Source: Candidatus Actinomarina sp.
GTDB lineage: Bacteria > Actinomycetota > Acidimicrobiia > Actinomarinales > Actinomarinaceae
Direction: 5' to 3'
Assembly (NCBI GenBank): GCA_038147085.1
Contig: JAYQSV010000001.1
Coordinates: 485,983 to 549,982, forward strand
DNA length: 64,000 nt
Each line of letters begins with the position of its first letter. The stretch's first letter is position 1. The notes under the pieces were generated by a model. It had not been told where the DNA came from. It was given only the letters and a program-made list of their open reading frames with translations, and made no database searches. The translations under genes were made by a program, and so were the position numbers. Of the stretch, positions 51,061 to 60,734 are shown piece after piece.

Positions 51061-51720
51061 TTACAAATTTTCATTCATTGGAAAAATTTTATTTATAACT
51101 TCAGCACAAGCTTTTGCAATATCCATATGTTCTTTCTGTGTTCCATTTGCAGATCTTAGCTGAATGTAATGTATCCAACTTCTCAATGTACCATTCATGT
51201 ATAATCTGCTAACAGTATTACCTTCTGGTAAAACTGATCTAGCTTGTTCTTTAGCAATACCATTTTCAATAGCCCAATTGTAAGTTTCAATTGCTGAATC
51301 GATTACATTCTGCTGTTTATTTGCCCAAATCTCATTAATTTTTTGATTATCTGAAGGTATTGAGTTTTGCCTGTTCTTTAAATCCTGTAATCGAGCTTCT
51401 CTAATAACAAATTCTAAATCTTTGACTGGATTTGCATACCTCTGACTAAATTCTTGAAAGCTAAATGATCTATGTCTTAACATTTGTCTAGCAATATCTC
51501 TCGTTGTTTCAATCTCGAGACAAGCACTTACCATTTCTAATGGTGACCAATGTGAATTTTTAATTAGATAATTTATCAATTTTTCAGAAGTTTCAGTGTT
51601 TAGTTGATTTGATGGATTTGAAACTCTAGCACAAAATGCTACAAGCTCTTGAGCGTTATCAATACCATCAAGTGCAATCTCTTCAGTTGGCGTAGAATAA
51701 CTTATTAATTTAACTTTCAT
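51061..51720 (-). CDS. thyX: Flavin-dependent thymidylate synthase
   Basis: ThyX signature RHRSFSFQEFSQRY (RHRx7S). Confidence 0.85.
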   Translation of the reverse strand: MKVKLISYSTPTEEIALDGIDNAQELVAFCARVSNPSNQLNTETSEKLINYLIKNSHWSPLEMVSACLEIETTRDIARQMLRHRSFSFQEFSQRYANPVKDLEFVIREARLQDLKNRQNSIPSDNQKINEIWANKQQNVIDSAIETYNWAIENGIAKEQARSVLPEGNTVSRLYMNGTLRSWIHYIQLRSANGTQKEHMDIAKACAEVINKIFPMNENL

Positions 51721-51750
51721 TTATGTAACTATATTAAAATATTTAAAAAT

Positions 51751-52014
51751 ATGTTTTTACTTAGAATAATTGTTTTTTTAATTATCTCGTCTTTGTTATT
51801 AATACTAAGCTACCCACTTTTAATTGTATTTGATATTTCTAGAGGAGGAAATGGCTTTGGAATATGTGATGATTTAGTTCAATGTAATATCCCAATTACA
51901 GAAGGTCCAAGATTATTAGTTTTATTAATATCTTTATTTTTTGTATTAGTTTTAATGCTAAGAGGTGTTATGAAGTTTATTAATACAATTAATAAAGAAA
52001 AATCTATTCTTTGA
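51751..52014 (+). CDS. Hypothetical small membrane protein (87 aa)
   Basis: Two hydrophobic segments, no homology recognised. Confidence 0.25.
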   Translation: MFLLRIIVFLIISSLLLILSYPLLIVFDISRGGNGFGICDDLVQCNIPITEGPRLLVLLISLFFVLVLMLRGVMKFINTINKEKSIL

Positions 52015-52885
52015 TAACATAAAATATAGATACTAAAACTAACAAAACTCCAAACCAATTTAAAACACCTAGAATTTCATTTGCTATCAATAAACCAATT
52101 AGTAGTGCAAAGATTGCCTCTAAACTCAAAATTAAAGCTGATGTGGATGCCGTAACAACTTTTTGTCCATATAACTGCAAATAGAACGCAGCAACATTTA
52201 CGACTAATCCTAAGAATAAAATAGGTAATAATAATTCATTTGAAAAAATAAAATTTTTAAAGTTTAGAAATGGTAAACATAGAATTGATCCAGCAAAAGA
52301 TTGTACAAACATTAATTGAGAAATTTTAAAGTTGTTAACGTACCTTTCAACCAGGACAATATGAATAGCATATGAAAGTGCACATAATAAAGTAAATAAA
52401 TTTCCTGATATTTGTGATAAATCATTAATAGAAATGAGCACTATTCCAAAAAACCCAACAATTGATAAAATATAATTTTTTTTTGGAATATTATTTTTAT
52501 TTATAATTTTAGAAATATATGGAGTCAAAACTATATAAAACCCGGTTACTACACCAGAATTGACTGTACTTGTGGTAATAAGACCTTGAGTTTGAGTTAT
52601 GTAACCTAGCCAAAGGAAGAACCCCATTAACACTCCAGGATAAAAAGCTTGCTTTCTTGGAAGACCACCAATGAATAAAAATAATATAGAAGCAATAAAA
52701 AAACGAGCAAAAACAATTAAAACAGGAGATACAGTAATTAATAAGTTTTTAACAACTAAGAAAGTTGAACCAAAAAAAAGAGCAGATATAATTAACGCAA
52801 AATATGCTTTGAGCTTTTGATTGGTACCCATAGGATTGAACATTATTATATAACTTAAATTAAAAATATGAGTACTAAGAAACAA
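52004..52885 (-). CDS. EamA/DMT-family transporter
   Basis: 10 TM helices with duplicated EamA-like halves. Real start probably the internal ATG near 52831, which would avoid a head-to-head overlap with nth. Confidence 0.7.
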   Translation of the reverse strand: MFLSTHIFNLSYIIMFNPMGTNQKLKAYFALIISALFFGSTFLVVKNLLITVSPVLIVFARFFIASILFLFIGGLPRKQAFYPGVLMGFFLWLGYITQTQGLITTSTVNSGVVTGFYIVLTPYISKIINKNNIPKKNYILSIVGFFGIVLISINDLSQISGNLFTLLCALSYAIHIVLVERYVNNFKISQLMFVQSFAGSILCLPFLNFKNFIFSNELLLPILFLGLVVNVAAFYLQLYGQKVVTASTSALILSLEAIFALLIGLLIANEILGVLNWFGVLLVLVSIFYVIKE

Positions 52886-53509
52886 ATAAAGGCTAATAAA
52901 ATTCTAAACATTTTAGAAGAGATTTACCCTTCGGTCCCAATTCCACTTCATCACAGAGACCCGTTTACTTTATTAGTAGCAGTGGTGTTATCAGCACAAT
53001 GTACAGATGTTCGTGTAAATCAAGTAACCCCTGATTTATTTAAAGTAGGTGGAACACCGAAAAAAATGTCTCAACTACCGGTGCAGAAAATTGAAAAATT
53101 AATACGACCTTGTGGTCTATCACCGCAAAAATCAAAAGCTATAAAAAAATTATCAAAAATAATATTTGAAAAATATAATTCAAAAGTACCGGAGAGTTTT
53201 AGTGAATTAGAAGAATTACCAGGAGTAGGACATAAAACAGCTTCAGTGGTTATGAGCCAGGCATTCAACGTTCCTGCATTTCCAGTAGATACACATATTC
53301 ATAGACTTGCATATAGATGGGGTTTGTCATCAGGTAAGAATGTTGTGCAAACTGAAAAAGATTTAAAAAAAGTCTTTCCTAAAAATAAATGGAACAAGCT
53401 TCATCTTCAATTTATTTTTTATGGAAGAGAGTATTGTCCTGCAAGAGGACATGACATAACAAATTGTATTATTTGTAATCTATATGGAAGAAAAGTTAAT
53501 TTTAAATAA
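52868..53509 (+). CDS. nth: Endonuclease III
   Basis: HhH-GPD motif (LPGVGHKTASVV) and C-terminal Cx6Cx2Cx5C [4Fe-4S] cluster. Confidence 0.85.
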   Translation: MSTKKQIKANKILNILEEIYPSVPIPLHHRDPFTLLVAVVLSAQCTDVRVNQVTPDLFKVGGTPKKMSQLPVQKIEKLIRPCGLSPQKSKAIKKLSKIIFEKYNSKVPESFSELEELPGVGHKTASVVMSQAFNVPAFPVDTHIHRLAYRWGLSSGKNVVQTEKDLKKVFPKNKWNKLHLQFIFYGREYCPARGHDITNCIICNLYGRKVNFK

Positions 53510-53553
53510 AACCTCTTTAGAATATATTTTTTAACTCTGTCTATATTTGGATA

Positions 53554-54261
53554 GTGGATATTAATTTTAGTATCGCTTTTATATTTGGATTTCTATCTTT
53601 TTTCTCACCTTGTGTATTACCTTTAGTACCAGGCTATTTAGCTATATTTTCACTACAAAGAAATCACAGCTATGAGAAATTAATTGGTGCAATACAATTT
53701 GTATTTGGATTCTCAGTAGTATTCATATCTTTAGCTGCAATAACAACTTCAATTGGTTCATTTTTTACAAAAAATGCAAGTTTACTTTCAAAAGTTAGTG
53801 GAGTAATAATAATTATTTTTGGACTGATTTTATTAATACCAAAATTAAATTCAAAATACTTCTTTAGTTCGAATTTTATTAATATTGACAATTTTAAAAA
53901 AACCAAAAATTTTATTATGGGTTTTACTTTTGGTTTCGGTTTTACACCATGTATAGGACCAGTTTTAGGTGCGCTATTAACTTTGTCTTCAAATGCAGAG
54001 ACTGCTCAATCTGGAATATTTTATTTAGTATTTTTTTCTCTCGGCTTGGGAATACCATTTATAACAATTTCTGTAATTTCCAATAAAGTTAATTTTAAAA
54101 ATAGAATTTTTATTGAAATTCAAAAAATTTCCTCAAAGCTTTCAGGATTAACACTATTGTTTATTGGAACATTAATTTATATGGACAAAATGTATTTGTT
54201 AGCCTCTTTTTTTCAAAATTTATTAATATCATTAAATTTAGAATGGTTAAGTACGATCTAA
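53554..54261 (+). CDS. ccdA: Cytochrome c-type biogenesis thiol-reductant transporter CcdA (DsbD family)
   Basis: FFSPCVLPLVP and second-half Cys (TPCIGP) in a 6-TM protein. Confidence 0.8.
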   Translation: MDINFSIAFIFGFLSFFSPCVLPLVPGYLAIFSLQRNHSYEKLIGAIQFVFGFSVVFISLAAITTSIGSFFTKNASLLSKVSGVIIIIFGLILLIPKLNSKYFFSSNFINIDNFKKTKNFIMGFTFGFGFTPCIGPVLGALLTLSSNAETAQSGIFYLVFFSLGLGIPFITISVISNKVNFKNRIFIEIQKISSKLSGLTLLFIGTLIYMDKMYLLASFFQNLLISLNLEWLSTI

Positions 54262-54262
54262 A

Positions 54263-54835
54263 ATGACGAAATTATATTCCGATTATGCTTTAAAAATTTC
54301 AGGTAAAGATGCATTTACCTTTATAGATTCATTAATTTCAAATAAAGCTGAAATAGAAAAGTATAAAGGATCATATTTTTTAAAACCTGATGGAAAAATA
54401 GATTACTGGTTTTTAGTGACTTTGCGGAGTGATGTAATTTATATACTACAACAAAAAGAAATTCTTTTATTATTAAAGAATTCGTTAGAGAAATATAAAA
54501 TTCGTATAAATTGCGACCTAGAAATTATTGAAGAGATAAATGTATTCGAACTCTCTAATGAAAATGATGAACTTTCAGTTAAAAAAATAAATGACAAATT
54601 TGAAAATGAAAATTGGAAATCAGTTTGTTTAGAGCTGTCCCTACCGACATTGGAAATAATAGCAGGTGGAATTATGCCAAATGAAGTTAATATGCTTGAA
54701 AGCTTTGTTGATTACTATAAAGGTTGTTTTTTAGGACAAGAACAAACTTCTAGAGTAAAGTTTAGAGGTAAACCAAGAAGAATTTTAAAAACTAATGAAA
54801 ATAATACCCAAGAAATTATAAAACTTTTAAATTAA
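54263..54835 (+). CDS. YgfZ/GcvT-like folate-binding protein (short form)
   Basis: C-terminal KGCFLGQE matching the YgfZ KGCYxGQE signature. Confidence 0.6.
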   Translation: MTKLYSDYALKISGKDAFTFIDSLISNKAEIEKYKGSYFLKPDGKIDYWFLVTLRSDVIYILQQKEILLLLKNSLEKYKIRINCDLEIIEEINVFELSNENDELSVKKINDKFENENWKSVCLELSLPTLEIIAGGIMPNEVNMLESFVDYYKGCFLGQEQTSRVKFRGKPRRILKTNENNTQEIIKLLN

Positions 54836-54841
54836 AAAAAT

Positions 54842-55153
54842 ATGGAACCCAGATGTAACTACTGTGGTAGAAAAGTTTTTAAAAATAGATCTCAAAAATA
54901 TAATCTATGTTCCAAGAATTGTAAAAAATTATATTTAAAAAAAGATGACATTATTTCTTTTGAAAACAGAATAAAAGAGATAGTAAAGCATAAGCCTATT
55001 CAAATTTTACAAATACAAAAAGAATTCAGTAAAAGTGAAAAATTTATGGTTATTTCTGCTATTCGTAGACTTATTTACTTTCATAATTTCTTTATTAGTC
55101 AATCAAATAACGAAATAACACAAAAAAGCTATATAATCAGAGTGAAAAAATAG
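54842..55153 (+). CDS. Hypothetical small Cys-rich protein
   Basis: CNYCGRK...CSKNCKK putative zinc ribbon. No further homology. Confidence 0.3.
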   Translation: MEPRCNYCGRKVFKNRSQKYNLCSKNCKKLYLKKDDIISFENRIKEIVKHKPIQILQIQKEFSKSEKFMVISAIRRLIYFHNFFISQSNNEITQKSYIIRVKK

Positions 55154-55781
55154 CACCTTTATCAAATTTTTTTAAAGAATATTGAACTATTGGTCCAACA
55201 GTTAAAACCATAAAAATTGTACCAACTCCATACGACCCTCCTAAAAACACCCCAACTATAAATGCTGAAAAATCAATTGCAACTCTAGTAGCCCTAATAC
55301 TTGGGCCAAGTTTTGAAATACCTACCATAATTCCATCTCTTGGACCAGGACCAAGTCCTGCTCCAACATAAATTCCTACACCAACTGCAAAACATATTGT
55401 TCCAAAAACTAAATAAAATATTTTTAAAAACAAATTACTTGGCGTTGGTAAAAAAAACATAACTAAATCGATAACATTTCCAATAATTAATATATTTAAA
55501 ATCGTTCCAATAAAAGGTTTTTGCTTTAAAGGAATCCAACCTAATAAAATAATGATTCCAGTTATAACTCCAGCGAATCCAATTTTAACATTTATTAATT
55601 GGCTAAAACCATCATGGAAAACATCCCAAGAATTTAAGCCCAAGTTAGCTTCAATAGTAAAAGCTAAACCAAATCCACATAAAAATAGTCCGAATATTAG
55701 CTGTGGTAATCTTGAAATTATTACCTTATTCATTTTGAAAAATGCTTTCAAGTATTGAAATATTCTCAGGACATAATTCAT
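55137..55781 (-). CDS. YczE/YitT-like membrane protein (putative)
   Basis: Five or six TM helices, Gly-rich C-terminal half. Confidence 0.4.
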   Translation of the reverse strand: MNYVLRIFQYLKAFFKMNKVIISRLPQLIFGLFLCGFGLAFTIEANLGLNSWDVFHDGFSQLINVKIGFAGVITGIIILLGWIPLKQKPFIGTILNILIIGNVIDLVMFFLPTPSNLFLKIFYLVFGTICFAVGVGIYVGAGLGPGPRDGIMVGISKLGPSIRATRVAIDFSAFIVGVFLGGSYGVGTIFMVLTVGPIVQYSLKKFDKGAIFSL

Positions 55782-56097
55782 AAACAGCTTGGAATCTTAA
55801 AATTGGAAGAATTCTATCCATTATTTCTACTTTAAGTCCAAAATTTAATAATATTTTTGAAATTTGATTTAATGAGTCGTCAGAATTTTTCCATTCGGAA
55901 CTCGAACTACAAATACTTTTCCCAAGCGATACTACTTCTTCAAAAGTTAAATTTTTTAATGTTTTTTCACTATCTGAAATAATAATTTGATTATAAAACT
56001 CCTCACCATAGCTCGAAGGCTGTAATGATTTATATGCAATAAAAAGTGTTATAAAAGATATGAGTAACAACAAAAATATAGCTAATTTATTTTTCAT
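55726..56097 (-). CDS. Hypothetical secreted or membrane-anchored protein
   Basis: N-terminal signal/anchor MKNKLAIFLLLLISFITLFIA. No motif. Confidence 0.35.
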   Translation of the reverse strand: MKNKLAIFLLLLISFITLFIAYKSLQPSSYGEEFYNQIIISDSEKTLKNLTFEEVVSLGKSICSSSSEWKNSDDSLNQISKILLNFGLKVEIMDRILPILRFQAVYELCPENISILESIFQNE

Positions 56098-56120
56098 ATT
56101 TTAATCAATTCTTTAAATAG

Positions 56121-56202
56121 TACCCGGAGGGGGAGTCGAACCCCCACATCCGAAGATACTGGATTTTGAATCCAGCGCGTCTGCCAATTCCGCCATCCGG
56201 GC
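56121..56202 (-). tRNA. tRNA-Leu (anticodon CAA)
   Basis: Reverse complement GCCCGGATGGCGGAATTGGCAGACGCGCTGGATTCAAAATCCAGTATCTTCGGATGTGGGGGTTCGACTCCCCCTCCGGGTA. Has D-arm, anticodon loop UUCAAAA, long variable arm and GGTTCGA T-loop. CCA is not encoded. Confidence 0.85.
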
Positions 56203-56267
56203 TATATACCGATTATATTTCATATGTAGATGAATGGAGAAAAAATTATTAAGTTAAAATGAAATAA

Positions 56268-58771
56268 ATGATTATCCTAATTGACGGACATAGCATTGCG
56301 TTCAGAGCATTTTATGCTTTACCAGAAACATTAGTTACAAAAGATGGTTTTCCAACGAATGTAATTCATGGTTTTTTAATGATGCTATCAAAATTAGTTA
56401 AAGATTATGAACCTGAGCAGATAATTGTAACTTGGGATATTTCAAAAACAACATTTAGATCAGAAATTTTTCCAGACTACAAAGCTAATAGAACTTCATC
56501 ACCAGAAATTTTTAAAGTTCAAATAAAAAGTCTTCAGCAGCTACTCAAAAACTTTAATATCCCACAAGTTACAGCTGAAGGTTTTGAAGCTGATGATGTT
56601 CTAGGTTCTCTAGCTTTTAAATTTAATAAAGAGAATAAAGAAGTTCATATATTAACTGGTGATAGAGATTCTTTTCAATTAATTAATAACTCTACAAAAA
56701 TTCTTTTTACAAGAAAAGGAATTAGTAATATAGAAGTTTTTGATCAATCATTTTTTGAAGAAAGTTTTCAAATTTCTACTGAACAATACATTGAATATCT
56801 TGCTTTAAAGGGAGATCCTTCTGACAATATACCAGGGGTACCTGGAATTGGTGAAAAAACTGCTAAATCTTTATTGATTCAATATAAAACTATCTCAAAT
56901 ATTTTAGATAATGTTGAATCACTAAGTCCAAAAATTAGAGATAGCTTAATTCAAAATAAAGAATTGCTAGAGCTAAGTAGAAAACTTGCAACAATTAAGA
57001 AGGATTTAAAATTAGAACTTCCAACTCTAACTATTCATGATTCAATTTTTTTTAATGAGAAAATTTTAAATAATTGTATTGAAGATATAAATTCTTATGA
57101 ATTAAATAGATTTCTTGGAACCTCAGAAGCAAAAAAAAATGAAACTACTAACAAAATAAACTCTATTAGAGAATTAGATAAAAAAACAAAATTACAAGGT
57201 AAATATATAGTTTTCTTACACAATGATTATTTTTATTTCACCAATGGTAAAGATTACGGAAAATCTAAATCAATAGGAATCTTTCAAGAAGTAATTTCAG
57301 TTAATTCTCAAAATATCGCATTATTTGATTCTCAAATTTTAGATATTAAAAATTTTATTGCTTTAGATTGTATATTATTTTTGATTAATCCTTCAAATAA
57401 ACCCGACTCAATTTTAAATGTTTGTAAGTCAATAAATATTCTTAATAATTTAGACAAAAAATCAGATGAAATCAGTTTTTTGAATTTTTTTCATGAAAAT
57501 TTTAAAAATGTAATTAAAATTTTATCAAATTTTAATAAAGATAAAATAAGTCTTAATTTATACAAAGAAATCGATTTTCCAATGTTAGAAATTCTTTCAA
57601 GCATGGAAAAAAATGGAATAAATGTTTCATTAAAAAAAATGAAGAATTGTCTAATTCTCTTTCTGTAGAACTCAAAGAGTTGCAAAAGAAATGCTTTTCA
57701 CTTTCAGGGATAGAGTTTAATTTAAACTCTCCAAAACAATTATCGGAAGTACTTTTTCAAAAATTAAACCTCCCAATAATAAAAAAAACACCTTCAGGGG
57801 CACCTTCTACTGATGCGAGTGTACTTGAAGAATTATCTATAAATAATGAACTTCCAGCAGTAATTTTAAAGTACAGAGAACTTGAAAAGATAAGATCAAC
57901 ATATGTTGACGGATTAATTCCAGAAGTCTCAAACGAAGAAAAAATTCATACTCATTACAACCTTTTTGGAGCAGCTACTGGTAGATTGTCTTCTGAAAAA
58001 CCAAATTTACAAAATATTCCAAACAAAACAGAACTTGGTCAAAAAATTAGAGATTTTTTTATAGCATTACCAAATCATAAATTTGTAATTTCAGATTACT
58101 CACAAATTGAATTAAGAGTTTTAGCACACTTAAGCAATGATAAGGAGATGATTAAAATCTTACAAAATGTCGATTCTGATATCCACTCAGAGACAGCTTC
58201 AAGGATATTTAATGTAGATATTTCAAAAGTTGATTATGAAATGAGGAGAAAAGCTAAAGAAGTAAATTTTGGACTTATTTATGGAATGGAAGCATTTGGA
58301 TTGTCAAAAAGTTTAAATATTGAACAAAAAGAAGCAAGCAAATTAATTGAAAATTATTTTTCACAATTTCCTTCTATTAGAGGGTATTTAGAGGAAGTAG
58401 TTAAGTCAGCTGAAGAAAAAACTTATACATCAACTTTACTAGGAAGAAAGCGGTATATAAATGAACTTTCTTCATCTAGTTTTCAGATTAGATCAATGGG
58501 TAAAAGAATCGCTATGAATGCTCCAATTCAAGGCACAGCCTCAGATATTATGAAAAAAGCTATGGTAAATATCTCTAAAAAAATAGAGAATTATGATGAT
58601 ACTAAAATATTACTTCAGATACATGATGAGATTGTTGTTGAGTCATCTGATGTCAGTGTACAAAAAATTAAAGAGATAGTTGAAATAGAAATGAAGAACG
58701 CTGCAAGATTAAAAGTTCCATTGTTTGTTAATACTAAAGTTGCAACAACTCTTGCAAATTTTAATAATTAG
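56268..58771 (+). pseudogene. polA: DNA polymerase I, split in two ORFs by a -1 frameshift in an A8 run (57632..57639)
   Basis: ORF1 (56268..57668) holds the 5'-3' exonuclease and proofreading-like region. ORF2 (57647..58771) holds the polymerase palm/fingers (DYSQIELR, QIHDEIVVE). Inserting one A at 57632..57639 gives the continuous ...GINVSLKKNEELSNSLSVELKELQ.... Confidence 0.85.
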
Positions 58772-58836
58772 TTTGTAAAAAACACAGATATGTTATTCTT
58801 ATTCACGCAATACTATGAATGGACAAATAAAAACAA

Positions 58837-60105
58837 ATGACAGATAATTCAGTTGAAGCTAGTTCGGCTTCTAATGTCGTTGAACTTCCAGATAATATAA
58901 AACCAGAAGATTTTCCAACACTCCTCGAAAAGACTCTTGTATCTTTTAATAATGGTGATGTTATTGAGGGTACAGTTGTCAAAGTTGATAGAAATGAAGT
59001 AATGGTTGACGTTGGTTATAAATCAGAAGGAATAATACCCTCTAGAGAATTATCAGTACGCAAAGGTGTTAATCCGAAAGATTTGATTAAACAAGGTGAA
59101 AAAATTAAAGCTCTTGTGTTAGAAAAAGAAGATGATGAAGGTAGGTTAATTCTTTCTATTAAAAGAGCAGTTTACGAAAAAGCCTGGGGTGACATTCAAG
59201 AAATTGCAGATTCAAAGAAATCCATAAAAGGAACAGTAATTGAGTCAGTTAAAGGTGGTTTGATAGTTGATATTGGAGTTAGAGGATTCTTGCCTGCATC
59301 ATTAATTGATGTTCGAAGAGTTAAAGAATTAACTGCTTATGTTGGAGAAGAAATTGAAGCCAAGATTTTAGAACTTGATCGACAAAAGAATAACATTGTA
59401 CTATCAAGGAAAGCTCATCTTGAAGAAGAACTTTCAGAAGAGCGACAAGGTTTTCTCGATGATTTACAAATAGGAGATGTCAAAGATGGAAAAATTTCTT
59501 CAATTGTTTCATTTGGTGCTTTTGTTGATATTGGTGGTATGGATGGATTGGTTCATGTTTCAGAACTTTCTTGGAGGCATGTTGAAAACCCCAATGAAGT
59601 TGTAAAAGTTGGTGACACAGTTACAGTTAAGGTACTTGAAATTGATAATGACAAAGAAAGGATATCTTTATCTATAAAGCAAGTTAAAGAGGATCCTTGG
59701 TTAGATTTTGAATTACATTATAAAGAAAATGATGTAGTTGAAGGTGAAGTTACAAAAGTTGTTCCATTCGGTGCATTTATAACTATTGGCAAAGGTGTTG
59801 AAGGTTTAGTGCATGTTTCTGAAATTTCTACAGAAAAAATTGATTCTCCTGAATTAGCTCTTGCACTCGGTCAAAAAGTTAAAGTTAAAATTACAGAATT
59901 AGATATTGAAAAAAGAAGAGTAAACCTTTCTATTAAGCAAGCAGATCCTAATTGGAAAGATGTTGAAGTAGAAAAAAATTCACCAAAAACTCACTCATCT
60001 GAATCTGAGGAAGCAGCTCCAAAACGTCAAACTGTTGAAGGTGTTGATGAGTCATTAGAAAATATTCTTCAAGAACTAAAAGAAAGAGGAATAGGAAACT
60101 CTTAG
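58837..60105 (+). CDS. rpsA: 30S ribosomal protein S1
   Basis: Four tandem S1 domains with an actinobacterial-type N-terminus. Confidence 0.9.
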   Translation: MTDNSVEASSASNVVELPDNIKPEDFPTLLEKTLVSFNNGDVIEGTVVKVDRNEVMVDVGYKSEGIIPSRELSVRKGVNPKDLIKQGEKIKALVLEKEDDEGRLILSIKRAVYEKAWGDIQEIADSKKSIKGTVIESVKGGLIVDIGVRGFLPASLIDVRRVKELTAYVGEEIEAKILELDRQKNNIVLSRKAHLEEELSEERQGFLDDLQIGDVKDGKISSIVSFGAFVDIGGMDGLVHVSELSWRHVENPNEVVKVGDTVTVKVLEIDNDKERISLSIKQVKEDPWLDFELHYKENDVVEGEVTKVVPFGAFITIGKGVEGLVHVSEISTEKIDSPELALALGQKVKVKITELDIEKRRVNLSIKQADPNWKDVEVEKNSPKTHSSESEEAAPKRQTVEGVDESLENILQELKERGIGNS

Positions 60106-60135
60106 TTTATTTTTTTTAGCACGTATTCTGTTTCT

Positions 60136-60699
60136 ATGGCTAAAAAAGTTTTCTTCGTTACTGGTCCAATTGGTAGTGGGAAGAGTACAGCTACTGAATA
60201 CTTAAAATCTAAAGGATTTTTAACAATTGATTTAGATATTATTTCTAATGAAATTTTACAAAGTACTCGGTCAGCAAATTTTCTTTCAAGCAATTTTCCT
60301 GAAGCAATAAGTAAAAACGCAATAGATAAGCAAAAATTAGCAAACATTGTTTTTAAAGATTCAAATAAATTAAAAATCTTAGAAGATTTTTTACATCCTA
60401 AAATTCAGGAAAAATTATTGGAAATTCTTACAAAAACTGATCAAGTTGTTTTTGTTGAAATTTCTGCACCAAAAAAAATAGAAAGTGACATAGATTATCT
60501 AGTTATTTTTTCAGATTTAGAAACAAGAAAAAATAGACTACTCAGCAGAGGCATGTTAATTAATGACATAGAAAATCGTATAGAATCACAAAAGGATGAT
60601 GATTGGTGGTTAAATGCTGGTTATACAATCACCAATAAGAACCTAGAACAATTATTTAAGGATATTGACAACTTCCTAAAATTAAATAATTTGGAATAA
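60136..60699 (+). CDS. coaE: Dephospho-CoA kinase
   Basis: VTGPIGSGKST P-loop. About 190 aa. polA-rpsA-coaE synteny. Confidence 0.85.
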   Translation: MAKKVFFVTGPIGSGKSTATEYLKSKGFLTIDLDIISNEILQSTRSANFLSSNFPEAISKNAIDKQKLANIVFKDSNKLKILEDFLHPKIQEKLLEILTKTDQVVFVEISAPKKIESDIDYLVIFSDLETRKNRLLSRGMLINDIENRIESQKDDDWWLNAGYTITNKNLEQLFKDIDNFLKLNNLE

Positions 60700-60734
60700 T
60701 CGAACAGATGTTCTATTTGATATAATAAATTGCT

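Noticed and set aside
56098-56267. Possible integrated element at the tRNA-Leu 3' end
   Set aside because: Flanking genes on both sides are core housekeeping (thyX, nth, ccdA, polA). There is no integrase, no direct repeat of the tRNA 3' end, and no compositional shift.
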